Shown in pieces: positions 1-9,065 of a DNA stretch of 64,000 nucleotides. The stretch lies in NCBI GenBank assembly GCA_048941605.1, contig JBHLNL010000002.1, forward strand, positions 1,928 through 65,927, read 5' to 3'. The DNA is from Promethearchaeota archaeon (GTDB lineage: Archaea > Asgardarchaeota > Lokiarchaeia > Sigyniarchaeales > SOKP01). Both the position numbers and the translations under genes were made by a program. Each line of letters starts with the position of its first letter. Positions within the stretch are counted from its first letter, which is position 1. Under the pieces are notes generated by a model, which searched no databases, was not told where the DNA came from, and saw only the letters and a list, made by a program, of their open reading frames with translations.

Positions 1-3
1 TCG

Positions 4-792
4 TTGATAATTGATTTTCAAGAACTAGAAAAATTAAAGATCAAAAACTTGAAAAAACGATATTTAATTGAGAAGCTTGTAGAATCCAAGATAAGATCAC
101 AACGATTTGGATTATTAAAATGGAAATTTTTCTCAATAATATTAAAAAACAGTAGGAAATATATAAAATTTCGGGAAGATCAGCGATTTAACCTTGATAG
201 ATGGATTACAAGGAATAGAAATGTTTATCTAGAAATCGGTAAAATATTTGTGAAAGAAGGAATATTATCTGATATTAACAGGATTTTTTTCCTTTATAAG
301 CAAGAAATTAAGAACTTAGCTTTAAATAAATATAATCAAGTAGAAATTCAAAAAATATCATCAGAAGTTAGGAGCCGTTATGAAGATTTTATATCATATG
401 AAAATAAGACACCTCCGAAGTTCCTTTTAGGATCACGAGAATTTGATGATCTTTTAAAATATAATAAAAAAAGTAAAGTATTCCATGGAACAGCAGCGAG
501 TCAGGGAATAATAACTGCATCTGTACGTGTTGTTCAAGATATTAATTTAATTTCAACAGTACAAACTGGAGATATTTTAGTTGTCCCTCGAACAGATCCT
601 GGTTGGACTCCTGTTTTTTCTAAAATTGGGGGTTTAATTACCGAAACTGGTGGAATTCTTTCTCACGGTGCTGTTATTTCAAGAGAATATAGCATACCTG
701 CAGTCACTAACATCGCAAATGCTTGTGAAATCTTTAAAACAGGTCAAATTGTTAATGTTAATGGTTTTACTGGAGTTGTTATTCTGCAATAA
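4..792 (+). CDS. PEP-utilising enzyme family protein, C-terminal part (5' end runs off the window)
   Basis: The C-terminal ~80 aa (GTAASQGIITASVRVV...GDILVVPRTDPGWTPVF...GGLITETGGILSHGAVISREYSIPAV) fit the swivelling phospho-His mobile domain pattern of PEP synthase/PPDK-like enzymes. The ORF is open to base 4. Confidence 0.6.
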   Translation: MIIDFQELEKLKIKNLKKRYLIEKLVESKIRSQRFGLLKWKFFSIILKNSRKYIKFREDQRFNLDRWITRNRNVYLEIGKIFVKEGILSDINRIFFLYKQEIKNLALNKYNQVEIQKISSEVRSRYEDFISYENKTPPKFLLGSREFDDLLKYNKKSKVFHGTAASQGIITASVRVVQDINLISTVQTGDILVVPRTDPGWTPVFSKIGGLITETGGILSHGAVISREYSIPAVTNIANACEIFKTGQIVNVNGFTGVVILQ

Positions 793-813
793 AAACTCTA
801 TGGTGCAAAATAG

Positions 814-1782
814 TTGGAACCAATAACTCATCTAAATAATATTACAGATCAGCTTGAATGGAATGAGTCATATTATTTTGTTTTTTATGATAAAGACCAA
901 AATCTTGGTGGAATGACACGATTAGGGTTTAAACCTAATAAACAAGAAGGAATGTCATTTTTCTTTTTATTCCTACCTGATGGTTCTGCCGCAGGTTATC
1001 ATGTAGTAAAACGGATTAAAGACTATGAAAATTCGTTGAAAGTTGGTGGTGTTATTCATAAATGTCAAGATGAATCAAAATGGAATTATAAATTTCAAGG
1101 TACCATGATTTTAGTTAAAAAATCAGAAGATTTACCAAAAGTAAAAGAAAAACCACAATTAATTATTGGTACAAAAAAAGTAAAGATGGATATCTATTTT
1201 AATCCGATTAATGAGATCTATGAGTATTCCTATAATATGACTCCTGAATCATTAGAAATTGGAAAGAAAGCAGGAGATAAACATTGGGAACAAATTGCTA
1301 CCTTATCTGGGACATTACAGATTGGAGATAAAAGTTTTTTATTTGAAAATACTCTAGGACAAAGAGATCATACTTATGGAGTTCGTGATTGGACGGGAGT
1401 AGGAAATTGGTTATATTATGTAGTTTGGTTCAATGAAAATTTAGCAATAAATCCAGCAGCTATTATAACTGATGATGGAAGATTATCTACTGGTGGTTTT
1501 ATATTTATTAAAGGAAAAAATATTCCATTGAGAACAATTAGAATAGTTGATCAGCAATTTAGAGAAGATGGAATTTTTCCAAAAAGTTCAGAACTTTATA
1601 TTGAAGATGATTTAGGAAATGAATACACCTTAAAAGCCAAAGTTGGACCCATTATTCCTGTCCCCTTTACCGATAATGAAGGAAGACAATCAATTTTAGT
1701 ACAATCAATTGGAAAATTTGAACTAAATGAGATTAAGGGGGGGTATGGATCCTTTGAAACACTCAGAAGAGTGAAATCTTAA
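814..1782 (+). CDS. hypothetical protein (no family recognised)
   Basis: 322-aa ORF co-directional with, and 21 nt after, the PEP-utiliser gene. Composition is protein-like; no motif recognised. Confidence 0.45.
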   Translation: MEPITHLNNITDQLEWNESYYFVFYDKDQNLGGMTRLGFKPNKQEGMSFFFLFLPDGSAAGYHVVKRIKDYENSLKVGGVIHKCQDESKWNYKFQGTMILVKKSEDLPKVKEKPQLIIGTKKVKMDIYFNPINEIYEYSYNMTPESLEIGKKAGDKHWEQIATLSGTLQIGDKSFLFENTLGQRDHTYGVRDWTGVGNWLYYVVWFNENLAINPAAIITDDGRLSTGGFIFIKGKNIPLRTIRIVDQQFREDGIFPKSSELYIEDDLGNEYTLKAKVGPIIPVPFTDNEGRQSILVQSIGKFELNEIKGGYGSFETLRRVKS

Positions 1783-1890
1783 AGCTTGTTGGATTTTTGA
1801 TATTTTTTACTTAATTTGTAAACTGAAATTGTATCTTATCAAATCATAAAATATAAAAAATAAATAAAGTATGAAAAAAATATTTACACA

Positions 1891-2724
1891 TTATTCAACT
1901 TTCTCTAAATATTGCCAAAGATTTAGTTTTTTTCTTAATTTTTGACCTATTTCTAAAGACTTTTTACCTAACATTTTGATTTCATCAATTGAGAATGTAG
2001 CAGCTCCACTCTTTTGAATTGAGGTAATTTTATCTTCTGTGGTTGAAATCGATATTTTACCATCACAGACTAATTCCTCTGGTAAGCTAGGATCCAAAAA
2101 GATAATGTCTTCAATTTTTCCATATGTTAATACTAAAGGGAGTTCATTTACTATATCTTTTCCTGTTAAATACTTTCCTGTCCATTCAGCTTCACCTTTC
2201 TCTTCATTCCAAATACCTTCAGGGATATGCGAAGAAATTAAGGTTGTTAATGCACTCACTCCACCTGCATCAATTAAATTTCCAGAATAATTAATAACAT
2301 ACATATCAACAAATAAAATATAGACAGCTTTATTCTCTTTTATGCAAAGTTTAGTAGTTTGAACACAATCAGCATGTCGAATTCCACGATCTACGACACG
2401 TGCTAATTCAATTGATTGCTCGTCTGGCGGTCCTCTTTCAAATAAGGGAGATGCTACAGGAAGTAATTCTGCCATAACAGTACAAACTCCTTCATCGGGT
2501 AAATCAGGAAAAGGTTCACCAATTTCGTATTTTAATCCTGTTATTATCCTTGTTTCTCCCAGATTAACATCTGCAGAACCTTCAGCTGAAGAGATTATAT
2601 CGCTTTTTATTTGAAATTCACGATACTCCCAAAGTCCTCTGTCTTCAATTCTTTCTTCTTTTTTCAAATTTGAGAGAATATAATCTCTTTCTATTTTTGA
2701 AATAATTCGTTTAACATCCATCAT
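1891..2724 (-). CDS. rrp42: exosome complex component Rrp42 (RNase PH-like)
   Basis: RNase PH-fold pattern (EDRGLWEYREFQI...AEGSADVNLGETRIITG). It follows rrp41 immediately in the conserved archaeal exosome gene order. Confidence 0.85.
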   Translation of the reverse strand: MMDVKRIISKIERDYILSNLKKEERIEDRGLWEYREFQIKSDIISSAEGSADVNLGETRIITGLKYEIGEPFPDLPDEGVCTVMAELLPVASPLFERGPPDEQSIELARVVDRGIRHADCVQTTKLCIKENKAVYILFVDMYVINYSGNLIDAGGVSALTTLISSHIPEGIWNEEKGEAEWTGKYLTGKDIVNELPLVLTYGKIEDIIFLDPSLPEELVCDGKISISTTEDKITSIQKSGAATFSIDEIKMLGKKSLEIGQKLRKKLNLWQYLEKVE

Positions 2725-2726
2725 TT

Positions 2727-3512
2727 TTAGTTATCACCTACATTTTCTATTTTTACCTTTTCTTTAGATATCTCTTCCTGCAACTTCACATATTTGCTCT
2801 TTAAAGTATTTAGTTGTATTTGGTGAATTTTATTTAATGATTCTTTTGCAAGATCTAAGAATTCATTCATCTCATTCAAATCCATGTCGCCATCAAATTG
2901 CAGTAGTGAGATTTCTTCATTATACCAAGTGATTGCAATAGGAAAGTCTGCTTCTCCTGCTTTGTCTTCAATACCAGAAAGATCCGCTACCCTCTTTCCA
3001 TCAATTTTTCCTACAGCTATAGCGGAAACTAAACTTTTCATAGGAATTCCCGCATCTGCTAATGCTAATGCGGCTACTGTAGTACTTGCACACCTAGTTC
3101 CTCCATCTGCATCCATTACTTCAATAAAAACTTCGAAACTGGTACCAGGATAAAGCTCAAGAAATAAAACAGGTTCTATACAATCTGCTACAATCATAGA
3201 GATTTCTTTTTCGCGCCGTCCAGGTGCTGGTCTTTTTCTATCAAAAACAGAAAAAGTAGCCATTCTATAAAAAACTCTTAAAATTCCTTTATCTGGTTTT
3301 GCTAAATGATGCGGGTGGACTTCTCGTGGTCCATATACAGCAGCAAATATTTTATTATTGCCCCATTCAAGATACGCTGAGCCATCTGCATTTTTTATAA
3401 TACCAACTTCCATTTTTATTGGTCTTAGTTCATTAACATCTCGGCCATCTAGCCTTTTTCCATCTTTACGAAATAAAACATCTGGATACTCATCTTTAAT
3501 AATTAATGGCAT
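2727..3512 (-). CDS. rrp41: exosome complex exonuclease Rrp41 (RNase PH)
   Basis: KRLDGRDVNELRPIKMEVG...ADGSAYLEWGNNKIFAAVYGPRE...DADGGTRCASTTVAALALADAGIPM are typical Rrp41 phosphate-binding and active-site segments. Abuts rrp4 and rrp42. Confidence 0.9.
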   Translation of the reverse strand: MPLIIKDEYPDVLFRKDGKRLDGRDVNELRPIKMEVGIIKNADGSAYLEWGNNKIFAAVYGPREVHPHHLAKPDKGILRVFYRMATFSVFDRKRPAPGRREKEISMIVADCIEPVLFLELYPGTSFEVFIEVMDADGGTRCASTTVAALALADAGIPMKSLVSAIAVGKIDGKRVADLSGIEDKAGEADFPIAITWYNEEISLLQFDGDMDLNEMNEFLDLAKESLNKIHQIQLNTLKSKYVKLQEEISKEKVKIENVGDN

Positions 3513-4307
3513 CTATACTATACCTCTTTTCTTTTTTTCGTTTATTATATAATCTTGCATTCTGTCTGTTAAACCAACAGTATGGGCTTCAGTAGCGATT
3601 TTATTTATTGATTCAATTAATAACCTTTCATGAGCAATATCTTCTCCTTTTAACCAAATTCGGCCATTTTGTGTTACAAAGATATTACATTTAGTTAGAT
3701 TTTTTAACATTTTAATCATTGAACCATTTCTACCAATTACTCTTGGTATTTTTGGTGGATCTATGGTTATAACAATCCCACCCATCTTTTTCCCTAAGTA
3801 TTTTCCAACAGTTGTTAATTCAGGCTTATTTAAACGATCCGCAGAGAGAACCTTTACCACTAAAATATCGCCAATATCAAATCTTTCTGTACTTAAATCC
3901 TCTTGAACTGCTCCACCGCCTCTGAAACCCCTCACTTTACCTTTTTTAATAGTATTTTTTGGTTTAAGTTGACCAAAATCTTTAGCATTTATATCACATT
4001 TGTATTTAACAGGATTTTTATCAACTACTAAAGCTATAACCTTATCTCCAGGACGAGGTGTATAAAAACCCCGTAGAGGAATTACATTAACATAATTCTT
4101 TTTTATTTGTTTTAATCCAATGTTTAAAGAGATAATTTTGTTTCTCTCCTTATTTAATATTGTTCCTCTTCCCGGTAAAAAGTTTGATACATCTTCAGTT
4201 AATACTTCTCCAGGTACAACAACTTCTCTTATAACTTCTTCATCTTCAAAATCTTCGAATTCATCATCTATGTTTCCTTCTTCATCATTTTCCATAGTAG
4301 TACTCAC
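3513..4307 (-). CDS. rrp4: exosome RNA-binding subunit Rrp4 (S1 + KH domains) with acidic N-terminal tail
   Basis: S1-like PGDKVIALVVD and KH-like IPRVIGRNGSMIKMLK segments. Sits between the SBDS and rrp41 genes. Confidence 0.85.
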   Translation of the reverse strand: MSTTMENDEEGNIDDEFEDFEDEEVIREVVVPGEVLTEDVSNFLPGRGTILNKERNKIISLNIGLKQIKKNYVNVIPLRGFYTPRPGDKVIALVVDKNPVKYKCDINAKDFGQLKPKNTIKKGKVRGFRGGGAVQEDLSTERFDIGDILVVKVLSADRLNKPELTTVGKYLGKKMGGIVITIDPPKIPRVIGRNGSMIKMLKNLTKCNIFVTQNGRIWLKGEDIAHERLLIESINKIATEAHTVGLTDRMQDYIINEKKKRGIV

Positions 4308-4386
4308 ATTTTTTCTATAATTATATAATTCTCCTAACCTATACTAAAAAAATAATATAAATGAGATCATTTCAAAAACATTTTGG

Positions 4387-5178
4387 TTAGGCTTTTAATA
4401 TTTTTGTTTGAACTCTTCCATGTGTTAATTTATTTAGTTTATCAACCAATTCCATTTGTAAACCTGCTGGTAAACTCACAACTGCAACCCAAGAACCATC
4501 AGATTGCCACTCTTCCTTCTTAATTTGTACATATTGAGCAACAATGTTATACCCTTTTGCTGTAAAGGCTGTTGGAATCTTTATAGCCATCTCTACTTGC
4601 TCTATTCTAATTGGAATAATAGCTCGAATAGATTTTACAATATCATCAATCTGTTCCTCTGCACTCCTCATTAAATCAATTTTTACTTTTGCTTCTTCAA
4701 TAGCTTTTTCTATCCGTTGGTATGGATGAGGTTTTTTATTCTGTGGATTTATAGCATTTTTACTTATAATAGTTATAATTTGCTTTAATTTCTTCTGCCT
4801 TTCCTCTTCTCTTTGGGCTTTGGTCCAATGAATCTCTCCATCTAGCAAAATATGAGCTGCAATTGTCATTCCATCTGTTGTATTAAATACTACTTCCATA
4901 TCCCCATCAGTTGCTTTTTTGCCTCTTCTTAAGTCTTCAAATACACTAAAAGTCTCAAAAATGAGTTCTAAATTAATTCTGGGATCATTTAACACATCAT
5001 TGACAGTAAGGCGAGATTTATCTTTACCTTCCTTTAATCTTGAACTGATTTCATCTCGTATTAGTTTTTTTGCTTCCCATGCTTGTTCAGGATCCATTAA
5101 CATTTCAAAAATTCTACCAGAATTCTCAATTCGCCCTATAATAAAGCCGCCTAAATCAATTCTTGCTCTGTCGATCAT
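4387..5178 (-). CDS. sdo1: SBDS-family ribosome maturation protein
   Basis: N-terminal FYSH-like segment (GRIFEMLMDPEQAWEAKK) and the conserved position between psmA and rrp4 in the archaeal exosome superoperon. Confidence 0.8.
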   Translation of the reverse strand: MIDRARIDLGGFIIGRIENSGRIFEMLMDPEQAWEAKKLIRDEISSRLKEGKDKSRLTVNDVLNDPRINLELIFETFSVFEDLRRGKKATDGDMEVVFNTTDGMTIAAHILLDGEIHWTKAQREEERQKKLKQIITIISKNAINPQNKKPHPYQRIEKAIEEAKVKIDLMRSAEEQIDDIVKSIRAIIPIRIEQVEMAIKIPTAFTAKGYNIVAQYVQIKKEEWQSDGSWVAVVSLPAGLQMELVDKLNKLTHGRVQTKILKA

Positions 5179-5302
5179 ACTACATTCTCATGCATAAACT
5201 TAATGAATTAACTTAAATCTTGTCCGTTCCTGTTATTTGTCTTTCTGTTAAGAGATAAATATAAAGGGGCAATACCTTGATAATTATATTATTTTAAGGA
5301 GA

Positions 5303-6022
5303 TTATATTTTATTTAATAATTCTTCCTTTTCTTCCAAACTAAGTAGCTTAAACTTTATATCTTCCTTTAATATAAAAGCTACATCACAAGTATTTTTGT
5401 TTAAATTATCACCCATCAATTCTTTCAAAGCTTTTAGAGGTAATAATTTTAATTCTTCATCAATCATATCCTCTTTATAATGTTCCTCAAGGTAAGTTCT
5501 TGCTTCTGCTGCTCCAGAGCCAATAGCAAAAGCTTTATAACCCCACATCGCTCCACTTGGGTCAGTTAAATATAAGGAAGGTCCATTATTTGAGTCTATA
5601 CCAGCAATCAAAAATGATACTCCGAATGGTCTTACACCAGCATTCTGCGTGAAGACTTGTTTATACTCACATATATTTAGAGTGCTATCTTTAACAGAGA
5701 TTCTTTCATCATAATTTAATATATTTACCTGAGCTTGAACTCTAGCCCGGTCAATAAGCACTCTCGCATCAGCTGTAAGTCCCGCAATGGCCACTCCAAT
5801 ATGATCATCAATTTTAAAGATTTTTTCTGAACCTATATCTTGTTCTTGAAGTTCAGAGCTTTTTTTTTCAACTGCAAATACAACCGAATTTTTATTTCTA
5901 CATACTATTGCAGTTGTACCTCTTCGGACGGCTTCAATAGCATATTCAACTTGGAAAAGCCTACCCTCAGGTGAAAATTGGGTAATGGCCATATCATAAC
6001 CTCTTCCTGCTTGCTGGAACAC
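5303..6022 (-). CDS. psmA: proteasome subunit alpha
   Basis: GYDMAITQFSPEGRLFQVEYAIEAVRRGTTAI is the alpha-subunit N-terminal signature. It is the first gene of the exosome superoperon. Confidence 0.9.
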   Translation of the reverse strand: MFQQAGRGYDMAITQFSPEGRLFQVEYAIEAVRRGTTAIVCRNKNSVVFAVEKKSSELQEQDIGSEKIFKIDDHIGVAIAGLTADARVLIDRARVQAQVNILNYDERISVKDSTLNICEYKQVFTQNAGVRPFGVSFLIAGIDSNNGPSLYLTDPSGAMWGYKAFAIGSGAAEARTYLEEHYKEDMIDEELKLLPLKALKELMGDNLNKNTCDVAFILKEDIKFKLLSLEEKEELLNKI

Positions 6023-6200
6023 TCAGATCCACCTTAAAATTTTTTGATATTTATCTATTTATATTATTTTTATTTTTATTATACTTTAGTTAAAAAGTAG
6101 TAATAAATAATCTAATAAATATTTTTTTTAAATATTTTAAAAAATAGGGATAAAAAATGGAATAGAGAACGTTTAAAATTATTTTTTAGTATATTATTTT

Positions 6201-6572
6201 TTATGACCAGGCAACTTTATTAATAAAAATTGACCACTCTAGTAATATCATTCCTTCGTCTCTAGTATGAGCAACAAGATAATATCCTTCTTTAGTAATT
6301 GATCCGACGATGTTACCTTTCCCACCACCAATATTTTTTGCAGCTAATTGTATTTCATCATTTTTTAGGATTGCAAATCGATAATCCTGAAATTTAAGAG
6401 CCGGTTCTTTTGTTTTCCAAGCATTTAATATTCCTTTAGCTTCATCGCTTGATAGAGGGAAATCTTCTGATTTAAAAATAATATCTCCTGCACTATTTAG
6501 AAGAAAGATCTCTTCTACTCCTTCATATTCATTTAATGCGTTAACTAGATAATTAAATCTATGTTCTTCCAT
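6201..6572 (-). CDS. profilin-like protein (start moved to the internal ATG at 6572)
   Basis: 123 aa from MEEHRFNYLVNAL. The pattern ...SAGDIIFKSEDFPLSSDEAKGILNAW...LKFQDYRFAILKNDEIQLAAKNIGGGKGNIVGSITKEGYYLVAH follows the profilin fold template. The 30 upstream codons of the tracked ORF are low-complexity. Confidence 0.65.
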   Translation of the reverse strand: MEEHRFNYLVNALNEYEGVEEIFLLNSAGDIIFKSEDFPLSSDEAKGILNAWKTKEPALKFQDYRFAILKNDEIQLAAKNIGGGKGNIVGSITKEGYYLVAHTRDEGMILLEWSIFINKVAWS

Positions 6573-6747
6573 AATTCTCCATCTTTGGTATAATACGTTT
6601 TGAAATTTTATAGAAAGATAAAAATTTTGAAATTTAAATCTTTTTAGAATGATAGATTCCACATTTTAAAATTTAAGGAAAGTATTTTACATTATAGACA
6701 TTAAATAATTTAATATCTTATCGAAGTTAGTAATTGAGATTTATTTT

Positions 6748-7533
6748 ATGGTTCAAAAGTTAGTTTTATTCGATAAAATCTATAATATTCCAGATCGAAG
6801 AAATAAAGAAGATATTTATCTTAGATATATTAAGTATTTAAACGAGCATGTTAAAGGATTTCCAAATACTTCAATTACAATTAATAAGCTAAGAAAGTTT
6901 GATAGAAGATTTGAGATTATCATTAGTGGCCCAGAAGAACAATTTGTTTTTAACCTATTAAAAAAAGAAATAGGTTCTATAAATGAGTTTAAAGAAGTTA
7001 AAATAGGTAAGGAATATAAAGGTTCTCTTGTAGATGTAGGAAAAGTTGGATTTGGGTTATTTGTTGATTGTGCAATTTTAAATCCACATGCAGATGTACT
7101 TATAAATCTACATACATTACGACGGCAATTATGCAAAGGAAAAGAAAAATCTCTCAAAGAAATAATCGATGCTTATAATTTTATTGATCATTTTCCTCTG
7201 TATGTAAAAATCACAGAATTAGATTCTGTTAAAAATAAACTTTTAGGAGAATTAACACAAAAAACATTAAAGCTCTTTGAAAAAATCTTAGAAGAAAATG
7301 TAGAAGGTGTGTTTTTAAGCGGAGAAACTAAAGGTCAATTTAAAAAAATAATAACCCAAAAAGGACATTTCCGAGATATTATAACTGTAAAGAGATTTGG
7401 ATTTTTAGAAAACATTATTTTATTAAAAGAGGGATCAAATGCTCCTGGAATTATTGCTCATATTGGAAATGAACTTAAAAACTGTAAATTAAGTGCTCTA
7501 CGTCCTCAAAAAATGAAAAAGATACTTAAATAG
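6748..7533 (+). CDS. hypothetical protein with a central S1/OB-like segment
   Basis: 261-aa ORF. YKGSLVDVGKVGFGLFVDCAI...ADVLINLHTL resembles the S1-domain G-x-V...G-x-FV motif. No firmer assignment. Confidence 0.4.
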   Translation: MVQKLVLFDKIYNIPDRRNKEDIYLRYIKYLNEHVKGFPNTSITINKLRKFDRRFEIIISGPEEQFVFNLLKKEIGSINEFKEVKIGKEYKGSLVDVGKVGFGLFVDCAILNPHADVLINLHTLRRQLCKGKEKSLKEIIDAYNFIDHFPLYVKITELDSVKNKLLGELTQKTLKLFEKILEENVEGVFLSGETKGQFKKIITQKGHFRDIITVKRFGFLENIILLKEGSNAPGIIAHIGNELKNCKLSALRPQKMKKILK

Positions 7534-7543
7534 GATAAATAAA

Positions 7544-7620
7544 TGGTGGGCCAGGAGAGACTTGAACTCCCGATTTTCTCGGTGTAAGCGAGACGTCATA
7601 CCGGTCTAGACCACTGGCCC
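7544..7620 (-). tRNA. tRNA-Val (anticodon UAC), genomically encoded CCA
   Basis: The reverse complement GGGCCAG..TCTCG-CTTACAC-CGAGA..GGGAGTTCAAGTCTCTC-CTGGCCC-A-CCA folds as a cloverleaf by hand. Confidence 0.9.
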
Positions 7621-7629
7621 TTAGTTGAG

Positions 7630-7712
7630 CGCAATCGGTGGGATTCGAACCCACGAGTCCGTTGGACACCGGTTTAGCAGACCGGCGCATTACCAGGCTA
7701 TGCAACGATTGC
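7630..7712 (-). tRNA. tRNA-Ser (anticodon GCU), class II with long variable arm
   Basis: Reverse complement GCAATCG TT GCAT..ATGC G CCGGT-CTGCTAA-ACCGG TGTCCAACGGACTC GTGGGTTCGAATCCCAC CGATTGC G. Confidence 0.9.
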
Positions 7713-7830
7713 CTATTAAATTAAGATTTGATAAGTTACAATTTCAATATAAAGATTCAAAATTTTAATATTTTATTATCTACATTAAAAAAAGAAAAGA
7801 AAAAGGAATGGTGTAAGGAAAAAATTTAAA

Positions 7831-8319
7831 TTATTCAGAGATTATCTCAAAAACCATTTTTTCGATGATTGGTTTCTTTGTATATCTTTTGTCGTAGTAC
7901 CAACCTACTAGATGAGCTTTTTGTTCTGGTGTTTTATCTGTTGCTGGTGGAATTACAATAATCATAACCCCATTTGATAAATATTTTAATATACGTTTAT
8001 CTATTGTATGTAGTTTCTCATTTCCACTCGGATGGGAGTGCCACATCCAAACAATATCAACTCCTAGCTCGGCTTTGAATTTCCGCATATTATAAATTTT
8101 AGATTTTTTGTATCTCATCCAGCTTCGCGGTTTAACATGAACTTTGCTTTTACGTAAATCGGGATTCATTATGAATTTTGTACAGATTCCGAAGTTTTCT
8201 TTACGGTCGGCAAAGAGCCATCCATGGATAATATTGGGATACTCTTCAGCTGCCTTCTGAGTTATTTCTTTAAATAAACTTTCTGGTATTAAATAGCGAA
8301 AATCTTTAGCCCCACTCAT
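7831..8319 (-). CDS. JAB/MPN (JAMM-like) domain protein with a variant metal-site motif
   Basis: EEYPNIIHGWLF followed by WMWHSHPSGNEKLHTID fits E...HxHx7[S]x2D, with His in place of the usual Ser. Confidence 0.5.
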   Translation of the reverse strand: MSGAKDFRYLIPESLFKEITQKAAEEYPNIIHGWLFADRKENFGICTKFIMNPDLRKSKVHVKPRSWMRYKKSKIYNMRKFKAELGVDIVWMWHSHPSGNEKLHTIDKRILKYLSNGVMIIVIPPATDKTPEQKAHLVGWYYDKRYTKKPIIEKMVFEIISE

Positions 8320-8493
8320 TTCTATACCATCTCTTTAATGTGTCAATGTAGCATAAAATTTATATTTTACTCATTCTTCATGTAGAGCTTAAGAATAGCG
8401 GGTAAAAAATAATAAAAATTTTATGTTCTTAATTATAAACTATTTATATCATTAAAGTAAATTAAGTATTTAAATCATAAATCTTCTAATTAA

Positions 8494-8598
8494 GCAGACG
8501 TAGCCTAGCTGGTAAGACGCCGGCCTTGAGATTTTCAGTAGTCAAGCAAGCTAGCCGGTGCGCGTAAGCGCTCGGGGGTTCGAATCCCTCCGTCTGCG
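8494..8598 (+). tRNA. tRNA-Ser (anticodon UGA), class II, with a 22-nt intron at 37/38 (8531..8552)
   Basis: Acceptor GCAGACG/CGTCTGC plus G. Anticodon stem CCGGC/GCCGG, loop CTTGAG|..|A. The intron gives a BHB: CTTG pairs with CAAG (8547..8550), bulges AG|A and CT|A. Long variable arm TGCGCGTAAGCGCTC; T-arm GGGGGTTCGAATCCCTC. Confidence 0.85.
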
Positions 8599-8632
8599 CT
8601 TATTAGAAAGATTAAAGTAAGGATAAAATTTT

Positions 8633-8706
8633 GGGCTATTGGCGCAGGCAGGTAGCGCAGCAGGCTCTTAACCTGACGGTCGGGGGTTCAAATCCCCTAT
8701 AGCCCG
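8633..8706 (+). tRNA. tRNA-Lys (anticodon CUU)
   Basis: GGGCTAT..GCAGG-CTCTTAA-CCTGA..GGGGGTTCAAATCCCCT-ATAGCCC-G folds as a cloverleaf by hand. Confidence 0.9.
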
Positions 8707-8739
8707 CTTTTCTTTTTAATATCTGTAAGAATAAGCTTT

Positions 8740-8814
8740 TTAAAGATACTGGAAAACAACTTCAAAATCTGAGAAATCAAAGGGTTTTAATATATAGCCA
8801 TCTGCCATAGTCTC
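8740..8814 (-). pseudogene. 3'-terminal remnant of a third RHH-DHp-REC paralog
   Basis: The minus strand reads ETMADGYILKPFDFSDFEVVFQYL*, near-identical in DNA and protein to the end of gene 10043..10933 (..ETMADGYILKPFDFSDFEIVFQYL*). An in-frame TGA lies immediately upstream (8815..8817), and only degraded similarity continues to about 8900. Confidence 0.65.
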
Positions 8815-9065
8815 TCAAATCAGGAGATATAATATGTGAAGATAAACACCCCCCAGAATCATATGAGGGTGATTTTCTTATTGTTTTAAATGCAAATTCT
8901 TATGATTTTCCACTAAATAACTAGTATAATAGAAAATTGTTTAGTTTTATAAGAATCGAATATATTCATATTTATAATGTTTAACAAGACTTATATATAA
9001 TACTTTGATATATATCTTGTTCTAATATTTAATTTCATTAATATAAATCCAATTCATGAATTAAA

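Noticed and set aside
6573-6662. The 30-codon N-terminal extension of the tracked profilin ORF, and the 18-codon extension of the CutA ORF (57790..57843).
   Set aside because: The extensions are low-complexity, lie upstream of internal ATGs that align with the family N-termini, and run into promoter-like AT-rich sequence.
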